A DNA stretch of 64,000 nt from Candidatus Altiarchaeota archaeon (GTDB lineage: Archaea > Altiarchaeota > Altiarchaeia > IMC4 > QMZM01). The stretch covers positions 1 to 64,000 of the forward strand of contig JAFGDV010000002.1 of NCBI GenBank assembly GCA_016931955.1. The letters run 5' to 3'. Below, piece by piece: positions 37,377-47,614 of the stretch; the stretch's first letter is position 1; the number at the start of each line of letters is the position of its first letter. The notes beneath the pieces were generated by a model, which was given only the letters and a program-made list of their open reading frames with translations, ran no database searches and was not told the DNA's origin. The translations under genes and the position numbers were made by a program.

Positions 37377-38585
37377 ATGGACATCATCGAAGAAATCGAA
37401 TTAAAGGGGCATATCATAGATTCACTAATACTGCCCAGGGTATTGGACACGATAATGGACTTGAAGGGGGAATTCGAAATACTCCAGTTGGACGTGGGTA
37501 AGACCAAGGTAGATGAAAGCTACTGCAAGATACGAGTCACGGGTTCGCCTGAACTCTTTGATGAACTGGAGAGATTGGGGGCAATGCTACCGAAGAAGGA
37601 AGTAAAAACTGCCGCTGCTCCGAAAGACAAGGTTCTCCCGGACAATTTCTATGGAACCACACATCATCCAACCCACGTTTTCTTGGATGGTGGGTGGAGG
37701 CCCGTCAGAGAACTTGAGATGGACTGCGTCATAGTTATTGAGGGGGACAAGGCCGTTTGCAAACGCCAGGGTCTTGTGAAGAAGGGCGACCTCGTTGTTG
37801 TGGGCTTGGACGGCATAAAGGTTGAAGCCCCTCAGAGATCTAGAGCGCCGCAAGACATCTTCGGCTTCATGTCCAGCGAGGTTTCTCCAGAAAAGCCCAT
37901 CATATCATACATCAAAGGCCTTGCAAGGGAGATGAAGGCCATAAGGGATAACGGGGGTTTCATCATCTTCGTAGTTGGAACGGCTATGGCGCATACGGGT
38001 GCAGACGAAGCCCTCGCTGAACTTATAAGGATGGGTTACATCCAGGCCGTGTTTACCGGGAACGGCTTCGCTGTCATGGACATAGAAAAACGGCTTTACG
38101 GGACGACCCTTGGGATGGACAAGGACACGGGAAAGGTCCTCAAAAGAGGATACAAGAGCCATCTTGCAGCCATAAACGAGGTCTGGAAGGCTGGTAACAT
38201 AAGAAAAATGGTTGAGAAGGGCGTCATAAAGGGTGGTGTCTTATACGAGTGCGTCAGAAACAATACACCCTATGTGATCGGCGGCTCTCTCCGGGACGAC
38301 GGCCCACTGCCAGATACGATAACAGACGTAATGGAAGCTCAGGATGAGATGAGGAGATACGTCCAAAAAGCGGATCTCTGTGTAATCTGTGCATCAATGC
38401 TCCATGGAATCGCAACCGGAAACATGCTCCCCTCAAAGGTCAAAACGGTCGCGATTGACATAAACCCTTATGTGGTAACCCGACTCCAGGACAGGGGGAC
38501 AACCCATGCCTTGGGCATGGTAACGGATCCCGCAGTCCTATTACCTCAGCTGTTAACTGAACTGAAGAGGCTAAGAAAGGCTTAA
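37377..38585 (+). CDS. TIGR00300 family protein (LOR/SDH-like, ArgZ/AgrE C-terminal-type ornithine cyclodeaminase)
   Basis: GHIIDSLIL, FYGTTHHPT, EMDC, FGFMSSEVSPEK, GSLRDDGPLP, MLHGIATGNM, RLQDRGT motifs. Confidence 0.85.
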   Translation: MDIIEEIELKGHIIDSLILPRVLDTIMDLKGEFEILQLDVGKTKVDESYCKIRVTGSPELFDELERLGAMLPKKEVKTAAAPKDKVLPDNFYGTTHHPTHVFLDGGWRPVRELEMDCVIVIEGDKAVCKRQGLVKKGDLVVVGLDGIKVEAPQRSRAPQDIFGFMSSEVSPEKPIISYIKGLAREMKAIRDNGGFIIFVVGTAMAHTGADEALAELIRMGYIQAVFTGNGFAVMDIEKRLYGTTLGMDKDTGKVLKRGYKSHLAAINEVWKAGNIRKMVEKGVIKGGVLYECVRNNTPYVIGGSLRDDGPLPDTITDVMEAQDEMRRYVQKADLCVICASMLHGIATGNMLPSKVKTVAIDINPYVVTRLQDRGTTHALGMVTDPAVLLPQLLTELKRLRKA

Positions 38586-38586
38586 G

Positions 38587-40161
38587 ATGGACTGGAGATA
38601 CATTCAAGTGGGTTTTTTCCTTCTCTTATTGCTCTCAGGCCACGCTACTGCCGCAGATTATGGGGATATTGACATCAGTTTGACAACAATAGACTACGCA
38701 TACCCGAGCGGCTTCATCACATTCAATGTAAACTTGACCAACGTAGGCGACAGAGGGGTCTGCATAGATCAGGTATTCATCAGAGGCTCAACAAGATCCA
38801 ACAGGGGATGGAATCCAGGGCCATTCTGCGTTGACGTTAATGAATCAGGGACACTGCAAACCTGGACTACGGTATCGGGCAGAGAGTATACCGCAGAGGT
38901 CGTCTACCAACTGTCTTCCTGCGAGGGTGTGGAATGCTTGCCTGACAACAGGAATCGAGTTGCATACTCCAACACCCTCACGCTAGACTTCATAGAAAAC
39001 CCTCGTTCTAAGACGTATTATTTCTTTGTCGCATATGGCTACATCCTGCTGTTTTTGTTTATAGTCTACCTGCTTACTCAGCCGCGTGAGAAATATATCG
39101 TCAAATCTTTCCTTCTGTTGTTAGCAGTGGTTAATCTATCAACGGCGCTTCTTGACTTCATGTTTGACCTCCACGAGCGGTCTTTCTTTTTCTTCGTCTT
39201 GTTCAGTTTCTTTGTGATCGCTGTTTCAATATGGGTTGAGAAGATCCCTGGAAGGGAAATAAGGGAGTTATCTAAAGAGGAGGGGAAAAAGCACATAAAC
39301 CAAATAAAGAGGGATTATCTTGTCTGGAGCGGTCTATGGTTTGCGTTCGTCTCCCTTGAGTTGTTCGTACCGATCTTCTGGGGTTTGATCAAGCCATCCA
39401 TTGCAGCCTTTTATGCAACAACCATATTGGTTTTCTTCGTGTTCATACTCTTCAAGAGGGGCATAGTGGATGATAGGTTCTTCACCATAGTGACGTCCTT
39501 CGTTTTCGCGTTTTTCATTATAAACCAGGTAACTTCTCCCATATTTGAGCCCAGGGTGAACGTTATTGGGATAGAACCCATGTACGTCATTCAAAGCAGT
39601 TCAAGCAATATCAAAGGCGCTTCATACCATAGAGTGGACAGGATAGACCTGCAGGTTGAGCCTGCCTTCCTCGGCTTCCTGCCCTCCTTTGGCGAGAGGA
39701 GGGTATTCAACGAGGTCCTGCTTTCCTTACCCGACAGCTATATGATACGAGACCTTGCAGTAGAATACCCTTGCGGTATCAGGTTGAAAGAACAGAACAC
39801 TTATGGAGTGGTATTCGAGGTGGACTCATATTCGGCAAACAACAGATTCTGCCTCTGTCAACTGGGGTGTGAGAGATTGATTGACTTATCGGCTTTAGAT
39901 CTGGATTTGGAGAGAAATACGCCGTACCTCATAGACGAGGAGAATAGAACATGGGACTGCAGTAACGTGACCATTTCAAACAAGGGTATCTTAGACATCA
40001 GGGGATACAGACACTTTCTACCTCATATGAACGGAACCTTGACCTGTTTCGTCGACAACAAAGCGTCGGAATGCAGATACGATCCCTTAGCAGGGGGATA
40101 CTACATCTCAGCAGACATTGAAAGCGGTGAGGAAGTAACACTTGCCATCTGCGTTAGATGA
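38587..40161 (+). CDS. Hypothetical multi-pass membrane protein with Cys-containing extracellular domains
   Basis: Signal peptide, Ig-like N-terminal region, about 6 central TM helices, C-terminal beta-rich region with N-x-S/T sites. Confidence 0.7.
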   Translation: MDWRYIQVGFFLLLLLSGHATAADYGDIDISLTTIDYAYPSGFITFNVNLTNVGDRGVCIDQVFIRGSTRSNRGWNPGPFCVDVNESGTLQTWTTVSGREYTAEVVYQLSSCEGVECLPDNRNRVAYSNTLTLDFIENPRSKTYYFFVAYGYILLFLFIVYLLTQPREKYIVKSFLLLLAVVNLSTALLDFMFDLHERSFFFFVLFSFFVIAVSIWVEKIPGREIRELSKEEGKKHINQIKRDYLVWSGLWFAFVSLELFVPIFWGLIKPSIAAFYATTILVFFVFILFKRGIVDDRFFTIVTSFVFAFFIINQVTSPIFEPRVNVIGIEPMYVIQSSSSNIKGASYHRVDRIDLQVEPAFLGFLPSFGERRVFNEVLLSLPDSYMIRDLAVEYPCGIRLKEQNTYGVVFEVDSYSANNRFCLCQLGCERLIDLSALDLDLERNTPYLIDEENRTWDCSNVTISNKGILDIRGYRHFLPHMNGTLTCFVDNKASECRYDPLAGGYYISADIESGEEVTLAICVR

Positions 40162-40216
40162 CTATAGACACAACGTATATATACCTCGTTCTCTATAAAT
40201 ACTTACTGAGGGTAAA

Positions 40217-40432
40217 GTGACCATCAAGGCTTGTATGAAGTGTTTCGGTAAGAGGATTAGGCGGCATTTCCACAGTAAGAATGTTGATATTGGATACTTC
40301 CCATTAGTCATGGACTGGGTATGCGAAGACTGCGGCTATAAGGGAATCCCTATAGTGTTCTGTAATGAAGAGGACTACGTGAACTTCATCACAATACATG
40401 AAAGCCACGATGATAGAGATAAGAAGGTTTGA
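40217..40432 (+). CDS. Small zinc-ribbon protein
   Basis: CMKC...CEDCGY.G.P; SD GAGGG and a TATA box upstream. Confidence 0.65.
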   Translation: MTIKACMKCFGKRIRRHFHSKNVDIGYFPLVMDWVCEDCGYKGIPIVFCNEEDYVNFITIHESHDDRDKKV

Positions 40433-40691
40433 TTCAGCCCTCGGCATTAGGATAGAACTGCAGAACGCCAACCTGCTGCTCATTACTGCGGAGAGGGGCT
40501 ATGTCATGTGCGGCTACTTGGACATAAAAGCTGCTGAAAAACTGGGCGACTCCGCCTGCATTGTAACAGGGGTGAAAACATTCGACGACGTTCTTGAATC
40601 ACGGATAGTGGGAGTCAGCTCAAAGGCCAGGGAACTGGGGATAAGGGAGGGGATGAGTGGTAGAGAAGCCCTGTCTCTCTTATCTACTTGA
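40410..40691 (+). CDS. YunC / DUF1805 family protein
   Basis: GYVMCGYLD, GVKTFDD.L, GMSGREAL motifs. Start is 40410 or 40398. Confidence 0.88.
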   Translation: MIEIRRFDSALGIRIELQNANLLLITAERGYVMCGYLDIKAAEKLGDSACIVTGVKTFDDVLESRIVGVSSKARELGIREGMSGREALSLLST

Positions 40692-41427
40692 TCTTTATAT
40701 CTTCTAAGACTGGAAACTGGTTTCTGGTCTCCTTGACCCTCCGCCGATCCACCATGCACTTAAGCACCTCTTCTCTGTCGTCTCCAACAGCGAGAAGGTC
40801 GCCCCCAGGGTCAACTGCCATCGATCTGCCATTATATTTGTTAAGCAGATCCTTGCCAACGCGATTACAGGCTAGGACATAGAACTGGTTCTCTATCGCC
40901 CTCGCCTTAACCAGAACATCCCAGTGTTTCTCTCTGGTCTTCGGGAAGTTCGCACAGACTAATACGAAATCGGCTTCGTTTTCCATGAATCCCCTGAATA
41001 ACTCGGGGAACCGTATATCGTAGCACGTTGCCAATGCAATATTCCCGAATCTTGTTTGCGTTATCGACGGCTCACCGCCGGCTGAGAAGAAGTTTTTCTC
41101 TTTGTTGAAGAGGTGGATCTTCCGGTATTTACCTATGACGCCTGTTTCGTCCACGAGGATGAAGGTGTTGTATATCCATTTATCGTCAACTTCTATGAGG
41201 GATCCTGCGACCATCTTATTGCCGCAGGCGTCGGTTATTTCTTTCATGGTCTTCCCATCAAGGGGCTCTGCCAACTGCACAATGCGGTTGAAGTCGAAGC
41301 CCGTTGTGAACAATTCGGGGAATAAGATGAGGTCCGCCTTTGAGCCCCTGATTATCTTCAATGCCTTGTCAAGATTCACCTCCTTCTCCCCTAACTCGAT
41401 ATCCATTTGTGCGATTTCCACGTGCAT
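40684..41427 (-). CDS. Carbon-nitrogen hydrolase (nitrilase family amidase)
   Basis: Triad motifs FPE, YRKIHLF, CYDIRFPE, plus ARAIENQ; ATG at 41427. Confidence 0.92.
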   Translation of the reverse strand: MHVEIAQMDIELGEKEVNLDKALKIIRGSKADLILFPELFTTGFDFNRIVQLAEPLDGKTMKEITDACGNKMVAGSLIEVDDKWIYNTFILVDETGVIGKYRKIHLFNKEKNFFSAGGEPSITQTRFGNIALATCYDIRFPELFRGFMENEADFVLVCANFPKTREKHWDVLVKARAIENQFYVLACNRVGKDLLNKYNGRSMAVDPGGDLLAVGDDREEVLKCMVDRRRVKETRNQFPVLEDIKIK

Positions 41428-41428
41428 T

Positions 41429-42703
41429 CTAGCCCACCTCCCTTTTAACCGCCTCAAGCGTCGGCTTAATAACAGTCGGCTTGTTCGCGAATCTGGAGAA
41501 GATCCCATCTAGTCTAGATAGGTGGTAGTTGATTGTTGCGTCAGGGTCCTTCAGTATGTTGCCCGTTATCACACAAGCAACCCTTTCTTTGGGATCTATT
41601 ACACCCGCCTCCATGAGTTTCTTTGCGCCTGCGACTGATGCTGCGGACGCTGGTTCGCAGCCTATACCCGATGCATCGACGATTGCTTTGGCATCCATGA
41701 TCTCCTGGTCGGTGACCTGCTCCACAACCCCGCAGGTCAGCTTTATCGCCCTCAATGCCTTCTTCCAGCTCACGGGGTTGCCTATCTTTATAGCCGTCGC
41801 TATGGTCTCTGGGTTCTCCACAGCCTCCAACTCCTTCAGATTGTTCTTCCACAGGCCATAGAATGGATTGGCTCCAGAAGCCTGTATTGAAGCGATCCTT
41901 GGTATTGAATCTATCAGCTCAAGCTCTACAAGCTCGTAAAATGCCTTCCCGAAGGCTGCTGTATTCCCCAGGTTACCGGCTGGGACTATGATCCAATCGG
42001 GTGGCTCCCATTTGAATTGCTGGACTAGTTCAAATATTATGGTCTTCTGGCCTTCAATCCTCCAGGGGTTTATCGAGTTCAGTAGATACATTCCCAACTC
42101 CTCTGCGGACTCCTGTACCAGGGACATAGCGTCGTCGAAGTTGCCGTTGACCTGGAGAACCTTGGCGCCATAAGCGAGCGCCTGAGACAGTTTTCCGAAC
42201 GCTATCATGCCTTCTGGGATGAAGACGATAGACCTCAGACCTGCAAGGGAGGCGTATGCTGCCATGGAAGCTGACGTGTTCCCTGTGGATGCACATGCTA
42301 CCGCATTCATACCCAAGCGTTTCGCCTCAGAGATTCCAGAGGTCATACCGCGGTCCTTGAACGAACCTGTAGGATTTTCGCCCTCATGCTTCAGCACTAT
42401 GTTACTTATCCCAGTATATTCCCGAACTCTCTGATGCGAGTAGAGGAAGGTATTACCTTCAGACTTTGAGACGATGTCTTTATCCAATACGATCGGGTTA
42501 ACGAGCTCACGAAATCGCCAGACTCCGCTGGTGTAAGGGAACTCCCTTGAACCTATCCTCTTGTCGAATAGCTCTTTTGATACAACCCCCCTCAGGGATT
42601 CCAGGTCAGGTACTGCATCCAGCAGGCCGCCGCAGACACACCTATTTATCGCGCCCCCGTCAAACGATTTATCGCATTCTATGCACTTGAGTTTTACGTC
42701 CAT
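41429..42703 (-). CDS. thrC: Threonine synthase
   Basis: KHEGENPTGSFKDRG (PLP Lys), ASTGNTSAS, PAGNLGN, CEPASA motifs. Confidence 0.95.
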   Translation of the reverse strand: MDVKLKCIECDKSFDGGAINRCVCGGLLDAVPDLESLRGVVSKELFDKRIGSREFPYTSGVWRFRELVNPIVLDKDIVSKSEGNTFLYSHQRVREYTGISNIVLKHEGENPTGSFKDRGMTSGISEAKRLGMNAVACASTGNTSASMAAYASLAGLRSIVFIPEGMIAFGKLSQALAYGAKVLQVNGNFDDAMSLVQESAEELGMYLLNSINPWRIEGQKTIIFELVQQFKWEPPDWIIVPAGNLGNTAAFGKAFYELVELELIDSIPRIASIQASGANPFYGLWKNNLKELEAVENPETIATAIKIGNPVSWKKALRAIKLTCGVVEQVTDQEIMDAKAIVDASGIGCEPASAASVAGAKKLMEAGVIDPKERVACVITGNILKDPDATINYHLSRLDGIFSRFANKPTVIKPTLEAVKREVG

Positions 42704-42743
42704 CCTCTGTTATTATAGATTCTCATCAAAATAATATAACGTC

Positions 42744-43433
42744 ATGGAAGATAAAATCAAGGTGGTGTTCTTTGACATAGACGACACCCTCTATGATAGT
42801 AGCATGCAGACCGAACGGGCAAGGAAGAACGCCATTAAGGCGATGATAGAGGCCGGTCTGGATGTGGATGAGGATAAAGCGCTTGAAGTCCTCCATGGGA
42901 TGATCAAGAAATTCGGGTCCAATTACCAGTACCAGTTCGATGAACTGCTGAAGGAATTCGATTACGATCCCAATCCAAGGATAATAGCCGCTGGGGTTGT
43001 CGCATATCATACGACAAAGGTTGCCTATCTTGTCCCCTTTCCAGACACGGTGCCGATGCTTCTGAGGTTGAGGGATCTGAACTACAAGCTGGGCGTTATA
43101 ACGGATGGTATCGCAGTGAAGCAGTGGGAGAAATTGATACGCCTAGGAGTCCAACACTTTTTCCATTTTGTCACGATATCAGGTGACACTGGAAGTGAAA
43201 AACCCGACCCGGAGCTTTTTAGGAGAGCGATCGATAAGTCGGGTTGCGCCCCGGGCGAGACCATGATGGTTGGGGATAGATTAGACAAAGACGTCAAGGG
43301 GGCGAATGAGGCTGGCATGGTCACTGTCCAGGTTATGAGAGGAAAGTACCGTGAGGTTAAACCGAGGGAAGAAATCGAAAGACCTGATTATGTGGTATCC
43401 AAGCTGTCGGATATCCTGAGAATATTAGGTTAG
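42744..43433 (+). CDS. HAD-superfamily hydrolase (TIGR02253-like)
   Basis: FDIDDTL, ITDG, KQWEKL.RLG, KP, VGDRLDKD motifs. Confidence 0.9.
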   Translation: MEDKIKVVFFDIDDTLYDSSMQTERARKNAIKAMIEAGLDVDEDKALEVLHGMIKKFGSNYQYQFDELLKEFDYDPNPRIIAAGVVAYHTTKVAYLVPFPDTVPMLLRLRDLNYKLGVITDGIAVKQWEKLIRLGVQHFFHFVTISGDTGSEKPDPELFRRAIDKSGCAPGETMMVGDRLDKDVKGANEAGMVTVQVMRGKYREVKPREEIERPDYVVSKLSDILRILG

Positions 43434-43709
43434 TCGTCTATTCTCGATCTTGAGTACGTATCCTAACTTCATCGCCTCCTCTACTAGGAATTGATCAACG
43501 TCCATCGAGTAGGTTTTCGCTATGAGTATGTTGTTGAAGTAATAGAAGTTGTGCCCTTTCTCCGCAGTTGAAGGGGATGATAGTATCCCAAATACTATGT
43601 CGTTGTTTGGGAACTCATAGCGTGCTGTTTTCCCGTATTCCCCATCCCTCACGTGGCGTATCACCCTAACAACCGTCTTAGGTTTGACTATCCTATCCCC
43701 TTCGGCCAT
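43425..43709 (-). CDS. Hypothetical protein, 94 aa
   Basis: Starts 1 nt after the apgM stop and fills the gap; no family recognised. Confidence 0.6.
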   Translation of the reverse strand: MAEGDRIVKPKTVVRVIRHVRDGEYGKTARYEFPNNDIVFGILSSPSTAEKGHNFYYFNNILIAKTYSMDVDQFLVEEAMKLGYVLKIENRRLT

Positions 43710-43710
43710 T

Positions 43711-44919
43711 TTATGCCCCCAACAATAGTTTCATGAATTCCTCCCCCTCCTTAAGACCGAAAAGACCCTTTGCTGCTGATCTTTCGTCATATGAGTTCAC
43801 TTCATCCCCTGAGCTATCTGTTGAGTATATTGTGAATGGTACTGGGTCGCTTATGTGTGTTCTCTCCTTTATTGGGGTCGCATGATCAGCTAATACAGCG
43901 ATCTTGAATTCCTTATCCTTTAATGAATTAAGGAGTCTGCCTATAAGTCTTGAATCAAGGTCCTCGATTGCCTTTATCTTCTTTTCAAGGCTGCCTTCAT
44001 GTGATGCTTCATCCGGCGCTTCCACGTGTATGTAAACAAGGTCTTTTTTCTTCAGTGCAGATAATGCCGCATCCGCCTTCCCTTCATAGTTCGTGTCCAA
44101 GTAGCCGGTAGCCCCCGGAACATTTATTACCTCAAGGCCGATGTAGACCCCTAAGCCCTTTAGTAGGTCCACTGCAGATATCATGGCGCCTTGTTTGCCG
44201 AATCTTTCGTTGAATTTCGGCAGGTTCAGTCTTCTGCCCGCCCCCCAGAGCCACAGCATGTTTGCCATTGGTTTTCCTTCCTTCTTTCTCATGAGGTTTA
44301 TGGGGTGTTCCTCCAGTACCCTCTTTGATTTTATTATGATATTATTTAACATTTCTGCCGTTTCATGCGCGGAATCATTCAGGGGCCTGACCAGATTTTT
44401 TTCAACCTCTCGATCGATCACGTCATGAGGCGGCTTACATGATATGTCTTCAGAATACCTACTCGATCTTAGAACAAGGATGTTGCGATAACTAACCCCA
44501 CTATAGAACTCTATCTCAGGTGAGCCAAACTCCTCTCCAACAGCCCCCATCAGCTCACGAGCTTCCCCTGTAGTTATATGACCCCCACTATAATCCCTAA
44601 GGATTCCATCCTCCACAGTAACCAGATTACACCTAAATGCTATATCCTGGACTCCCAACCGTATGCCCTGGCTTGCGGCTTCCAGAGGCCCCCTGCCACC
44701 CGTATGATATTTCCTCGGATCATAGCCAAGAATGGAGAGATTAGCTACATCACTGCTAAGGGGCATGCCCTTGAATAGGGTCCTCAATAGTCCAGAACAT
44801 CCCATCTCTGCAATGTGGTCCATGTTGGGCTTTCTTGCAACCATTAAGGGTGTTTTACCACCTAACTCCTCTATTGGACGATCCGCCATACCGTCCCCAA
44901 CGACGACAATATACTTCAT
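43711..44919 (-). CDS. apgM: Cofactor-independent phosphoglycerate mutase (ApgM-type / proposed homoserine kinase subgroup)
   Basis: GDGMAD...GKTPL, SDVANLS.LGY, HVEAPDEASH, DHATP motifs. Confidence 0.9.
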   Translation of the reverse strand: MKYIVVVGDGMADRPIEELGGKTPLMVARKPNMDHIAEMGCSGLLRTLFKGMPLSSDVANLSILGYDPRKYHTGGRGPLEAASQGIRLGVQDIAFRCNLVTVEDGILRDYSGGHITTGEARELMGAVGEEFGSPEIEFYSGVSYRNILVLRSSRYSEDISCKPPHDVIDREVEKNLVRPLNDSAHETAEMLNNIIIKSKRVLEEHPINLMRKKEGKPMANMLWLWGAGRRLNLPKFNERFGKQGAMISAVDLLKGLGVYIGLEVINVPGATGYLDTNYEGKADAALSALKKKDLVYIHVEAPDEASHEGSLEKKIKAIEDLDSRLIGRLLNSLKDKEFKIAVLADHATPIKERTHISDPVPFTIYSTDSSGDEVNSYDERSAAKGLFGLKEGEEFMKLLLGA

Positions 44920-44961
44920 TTTATACTTTTAATTATGTTTTCACCTTAATAATTACTTAAC

Positions 44962-45426
44962 ATGCTCTCAGAGAAACTATCCATAAGAGCGTTCAAGGAA
45001 GACGATGCAAGACAGGTTGTGAGGCTTCACCACGAATCCTCGGAGAGATTTGAGGAATTAGAGATAACTGAGGACTTCATAAACAGCATCGCTCAGAGAA
45101 GTGACTTCAAATTTTTTGTCGCAGGCGATGGCGAAGAGGTCACAGGCTTCATAGGGCTTCTGTTTCATGTCAACGTTGGACGGGCGGAGGTAGGCCCAAT
45201 ATGCGTAAATCCACTGCATAGGAGGAGGGGCATAGGCACAAAGCTTCTGGACTACACTACCAACTTCCTAAAGCAAGCGGGTGTAAAGAGGATAATAGCC
45301 AAGGTGAAACTCAATAACGAAGAAGCTATCGACTTCTTCAAAGCCAACGGCTTCGTCGAGGAGGGACACTTCAAGGAATACACAGTCAAAGGCGAGGATG
45401 TGGTCCAGTTGAGAAGGTTCATCTGA
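44962..45426 (+). CDS. GNAT family N-acetyltransferase
   Basis: VNP.HRRRGIGTKLL motif A and N..A..FF...GF. Confidence 0.9.
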   Translation: MLSEKLSIRAFKEDDARQVVRLHHESSERFEELEITEDFINSIAQRSDFKFFVAGDGEEVTGFIGLLFHVNVGRAEVGPICVNPLHRRRGIGTKLLDYTTNFLKQAGVKRIIAKVKLNNEEAIDFFKANGFVEEGHFKEYTVKGEDVVQLRRFI

Positions 45427-45442
45427 TGTCTGAGTATTATGT

Positions 45443-45515
45443 TATACTTTTAAATCCCAGATACACATAATTTTACTATACTTTTTTAATCAAAGACACT
45501 CATAATTATAATTAT
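45443..45515 (+). repeat. Imperfect 34-35 bp tandem duplication of a promoter-like unit
   Basis: tatactttt at 45443 and 45477; cataatt at 45466 and 45501; palindrome ataattataattat at 45502-45515. Confidence 0.5.
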
Positions 45516-45536
45516 TGCTTACTAGTGACGATTACG

Positions 45537-47570
45537 ATGATTAAGCGGTTCACCCACATATCCCTGATCTTGCTCTTGCTAGCTTCTATAGCATCGGCAG
45601 CGTATATAGACGAGATAGAAACAAAACCAAAGGACATCGATCCTAATGGAGAATTCACCATCAAGGTGTATCTTGGGGGGGAAACCTGCGGTATTCAGAT
45701 GAAGATCTACGTAGACGACAAATTATTCTCCTCAAAGAACATCGGCTGTGAGAACGATGAGGTGGAGACGAACGAGTGGGATCTGAGCAAAGACATCCTG
45801 GAATGCGGAGTCCACAAGCTGCAGGTTGATCTGATCGACAGCGGATCCCTTATTCAGACAAAAAAAGTCGACCTGAACATAGGGAATGCTCCACAGATTA
45901 CGATAAGCCCAAAGGAGCCAATCCCCAACGCTGAAACAACGATAACCTTCAAGGACAGGGAAACAGGAAAGCTTTTGAGCGACATTGACGTCAGGATATT
46001 CAATATAAGAGATGGAGCCTCATCCGCCAAAGAATACTCAACAAACAATAAGGGCGAGATAAAATTCATATCAGATAGTGTCGGTGATTTCAGGCTCACT
46101 GTCGAAGACCCAAAGTACTGCGGAACCCTTGACTTCTGGATTAGAAAAACCATGCCATTTGCAGGCCCATTCCCCGAGGACCCGGTAGTCGGTGAAAGGA
46201 TAGGTGTCGCGGTCCCAGCTGGCGTCGGCGTAAAGTACATCGACTCCGAGGGCAACGTTTACCCCCTGAGAAACCTTGGTGGGGGGGTTAACCTCACCAT
46301 CAACGAGGCGGGCGATTACACGCTCATCGCGGGGGATGTGGGCATCATATACTGGAGGGTGGTGAAGAACTTCACCGTCTCCGATAAATCACGGATGAGT
46401 GCGAAGATTGAACCAGAAAAGGCAGTAACGAACAAGGTGGTTTTACTAACAGTAACAACTCGGGGAGAGCCCATATCCAACACACCAGTTAAGATAACAA
46501 AGCCCATAGGCGGCTCTGAAACATTAGAGACGAATGCCAATGGCGAGATAAGGTTCACTCCTGAAACCGTGGGTACATACCACTATAAGGTAGAGAAACA
46601 ACGCTATGAAACCCTTGAAGGGGACGTATCTGCTAATAACGCCTTCACTGTAGAGATAACGCCATATGAACCAACTGCAGACGAGGACATAACATTGAAT
46701 GTCACAAACCAATTGGGTAACAGGGTAGATAACGCGATGGTTTATATCGAAGACTCCTCAGGTATTGTTGTAACCGAGAGAACAGGCTTTGATGGCTCTT
46801 TTAAATTCAGGCTATCTGACCCCAGGGAGTACACGATTAGGGTACAGAAGGAAGGCTTCTGGGATCTTGAGGATAGGATAAGGGTCTATGGAGTAATATC
46901 AATCAAGCTGTGTCCAAATGAAATGGAGATAGGCGATGAAATGCGTATATCAATAACGGACAATGAGGGTATGGAGACCCCAGCAGGGATAACGGTGACC
47001 AAGCCAGACGGCAGAACAGAGACCATAAGGAATACCACGTATAAGCCGGCAAGGGTTGGCGTGTACACAATAGAAGCCTCGAAAACAGATTACAGAACAG
47101 TCTCGGCAGAACTGACCGTCAACCCGCACCCCATAGAGGTCACGCCCACCATAGTAGACAACAACATCATCGTAGTTTTAGAAAGCCACGATAAGCCTGT
47201 TTCAGGACTTACGGTCTTGATCACCACACCCAATGGTGAGGTGCAGGCTTTGACGGACGAAAACGGAATCGTTAAAGCGCCGGTGAACAAGGAGGGCAAC
47301 CTCACCATCAGCGTGAACAACATAGACACAAATGACGAATACGAGAATTTGATAATAAGGAGGCGAATAGCGAAACAATACGACTTCATCCTCTTGATCC
47401 TGCCAGTGTTCTTTGTAATCATCGTTACCTTCTTAACGATACTCGTAATAGAGTACTTCCACAGACAGAAAAAGAAAACAGACAAGGGAGAGGGACTATT
47501 CCATGGATCCAAGGAGACGAAAACAAGCGCCTATGGATCCAAGGAAAAGAAGACAAGCCTCCGGGGTTAG
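45537..47570 (+). CDS. Large secreted, membrane-anchored protein with repeated Ig-like (carboxypeptidase regulatory-like) domains
   Basis: Signal peptide, repeats of T(N/D)xxGxxxF...GxYxxxxxKxxY, C-terminal TM and basic tail. Start is ATG 45537 or GTG 45525. Confidence 0.8.
   Translation: MIKRFTHISLILLLLASIASAAYIDEIETKPKDIDPNGEFTIKVYLGGETCGIQMKIYVDDKLFSSKNIGCENDEVETNEWDLSKDILECGVHKLQVDLIDSGSLIQTKKVDLNIGNAPQITISPKEPIPNAETTITFKDRETGKLLSDIDVRIFNIRDGASSAKEYSTNNKGEIKFISDSVGDFRLTVEDPKYCGTLDFWIRKTMPFAGPFPEDPVVGERIGVAVPAGVGVKYIDSEGNVYPLRNLGGGVNLTINEAGDYTLIAGDVGIIYWRVVKNFTVSDKSRMSAKIEPEKAVTNKVVLLTVTTRGEPISNTPVKITKPIGGSETLETNANGEIRFTPETVGTYHYKVEKQRYETLEGDVSANNAFTVEITPYEPTADEDITLNVTNQLGNRVDNAMVYIEDSSGIVVTERTGFDGSFKFRLSDPREYTIRVQKEGFWDLEDRIRVYGVISIKLCPNEMEIGDEMRISITDNEGMETPAGITVTKPDGRTETIRNTTYKPARVGVYTIEASKTDYRTVSAELTVNPHPIEVTPTIVDNNIIVVLESHDKPVSGLTVLITTPNGEVQALTDENGIVKAPVNKEGNLTISVNNIDTNDEYENLIIRRRIAKQYDFILLILPVFFVIIVTFLTILVIEYFHRQKKKTDKGEGLFHGSKETKTSAYGSKEKKTSLRG
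47501..47560 (+). repeat. 30-bp tandem repeat in the cytoplasmic tail coding region
   Basis: ccatggatccaaggagacgaaaacaagcgc / ctatggatccaaggaaaagaagacaagcct (HGSKETKTSA / YGSKEKKTSL). Confidence 0.85.
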
Positions 47571-47614
47571 GGAGTAGATATTTATATCCATCTAACACAT
47601 AATCTTAGTGTAAG

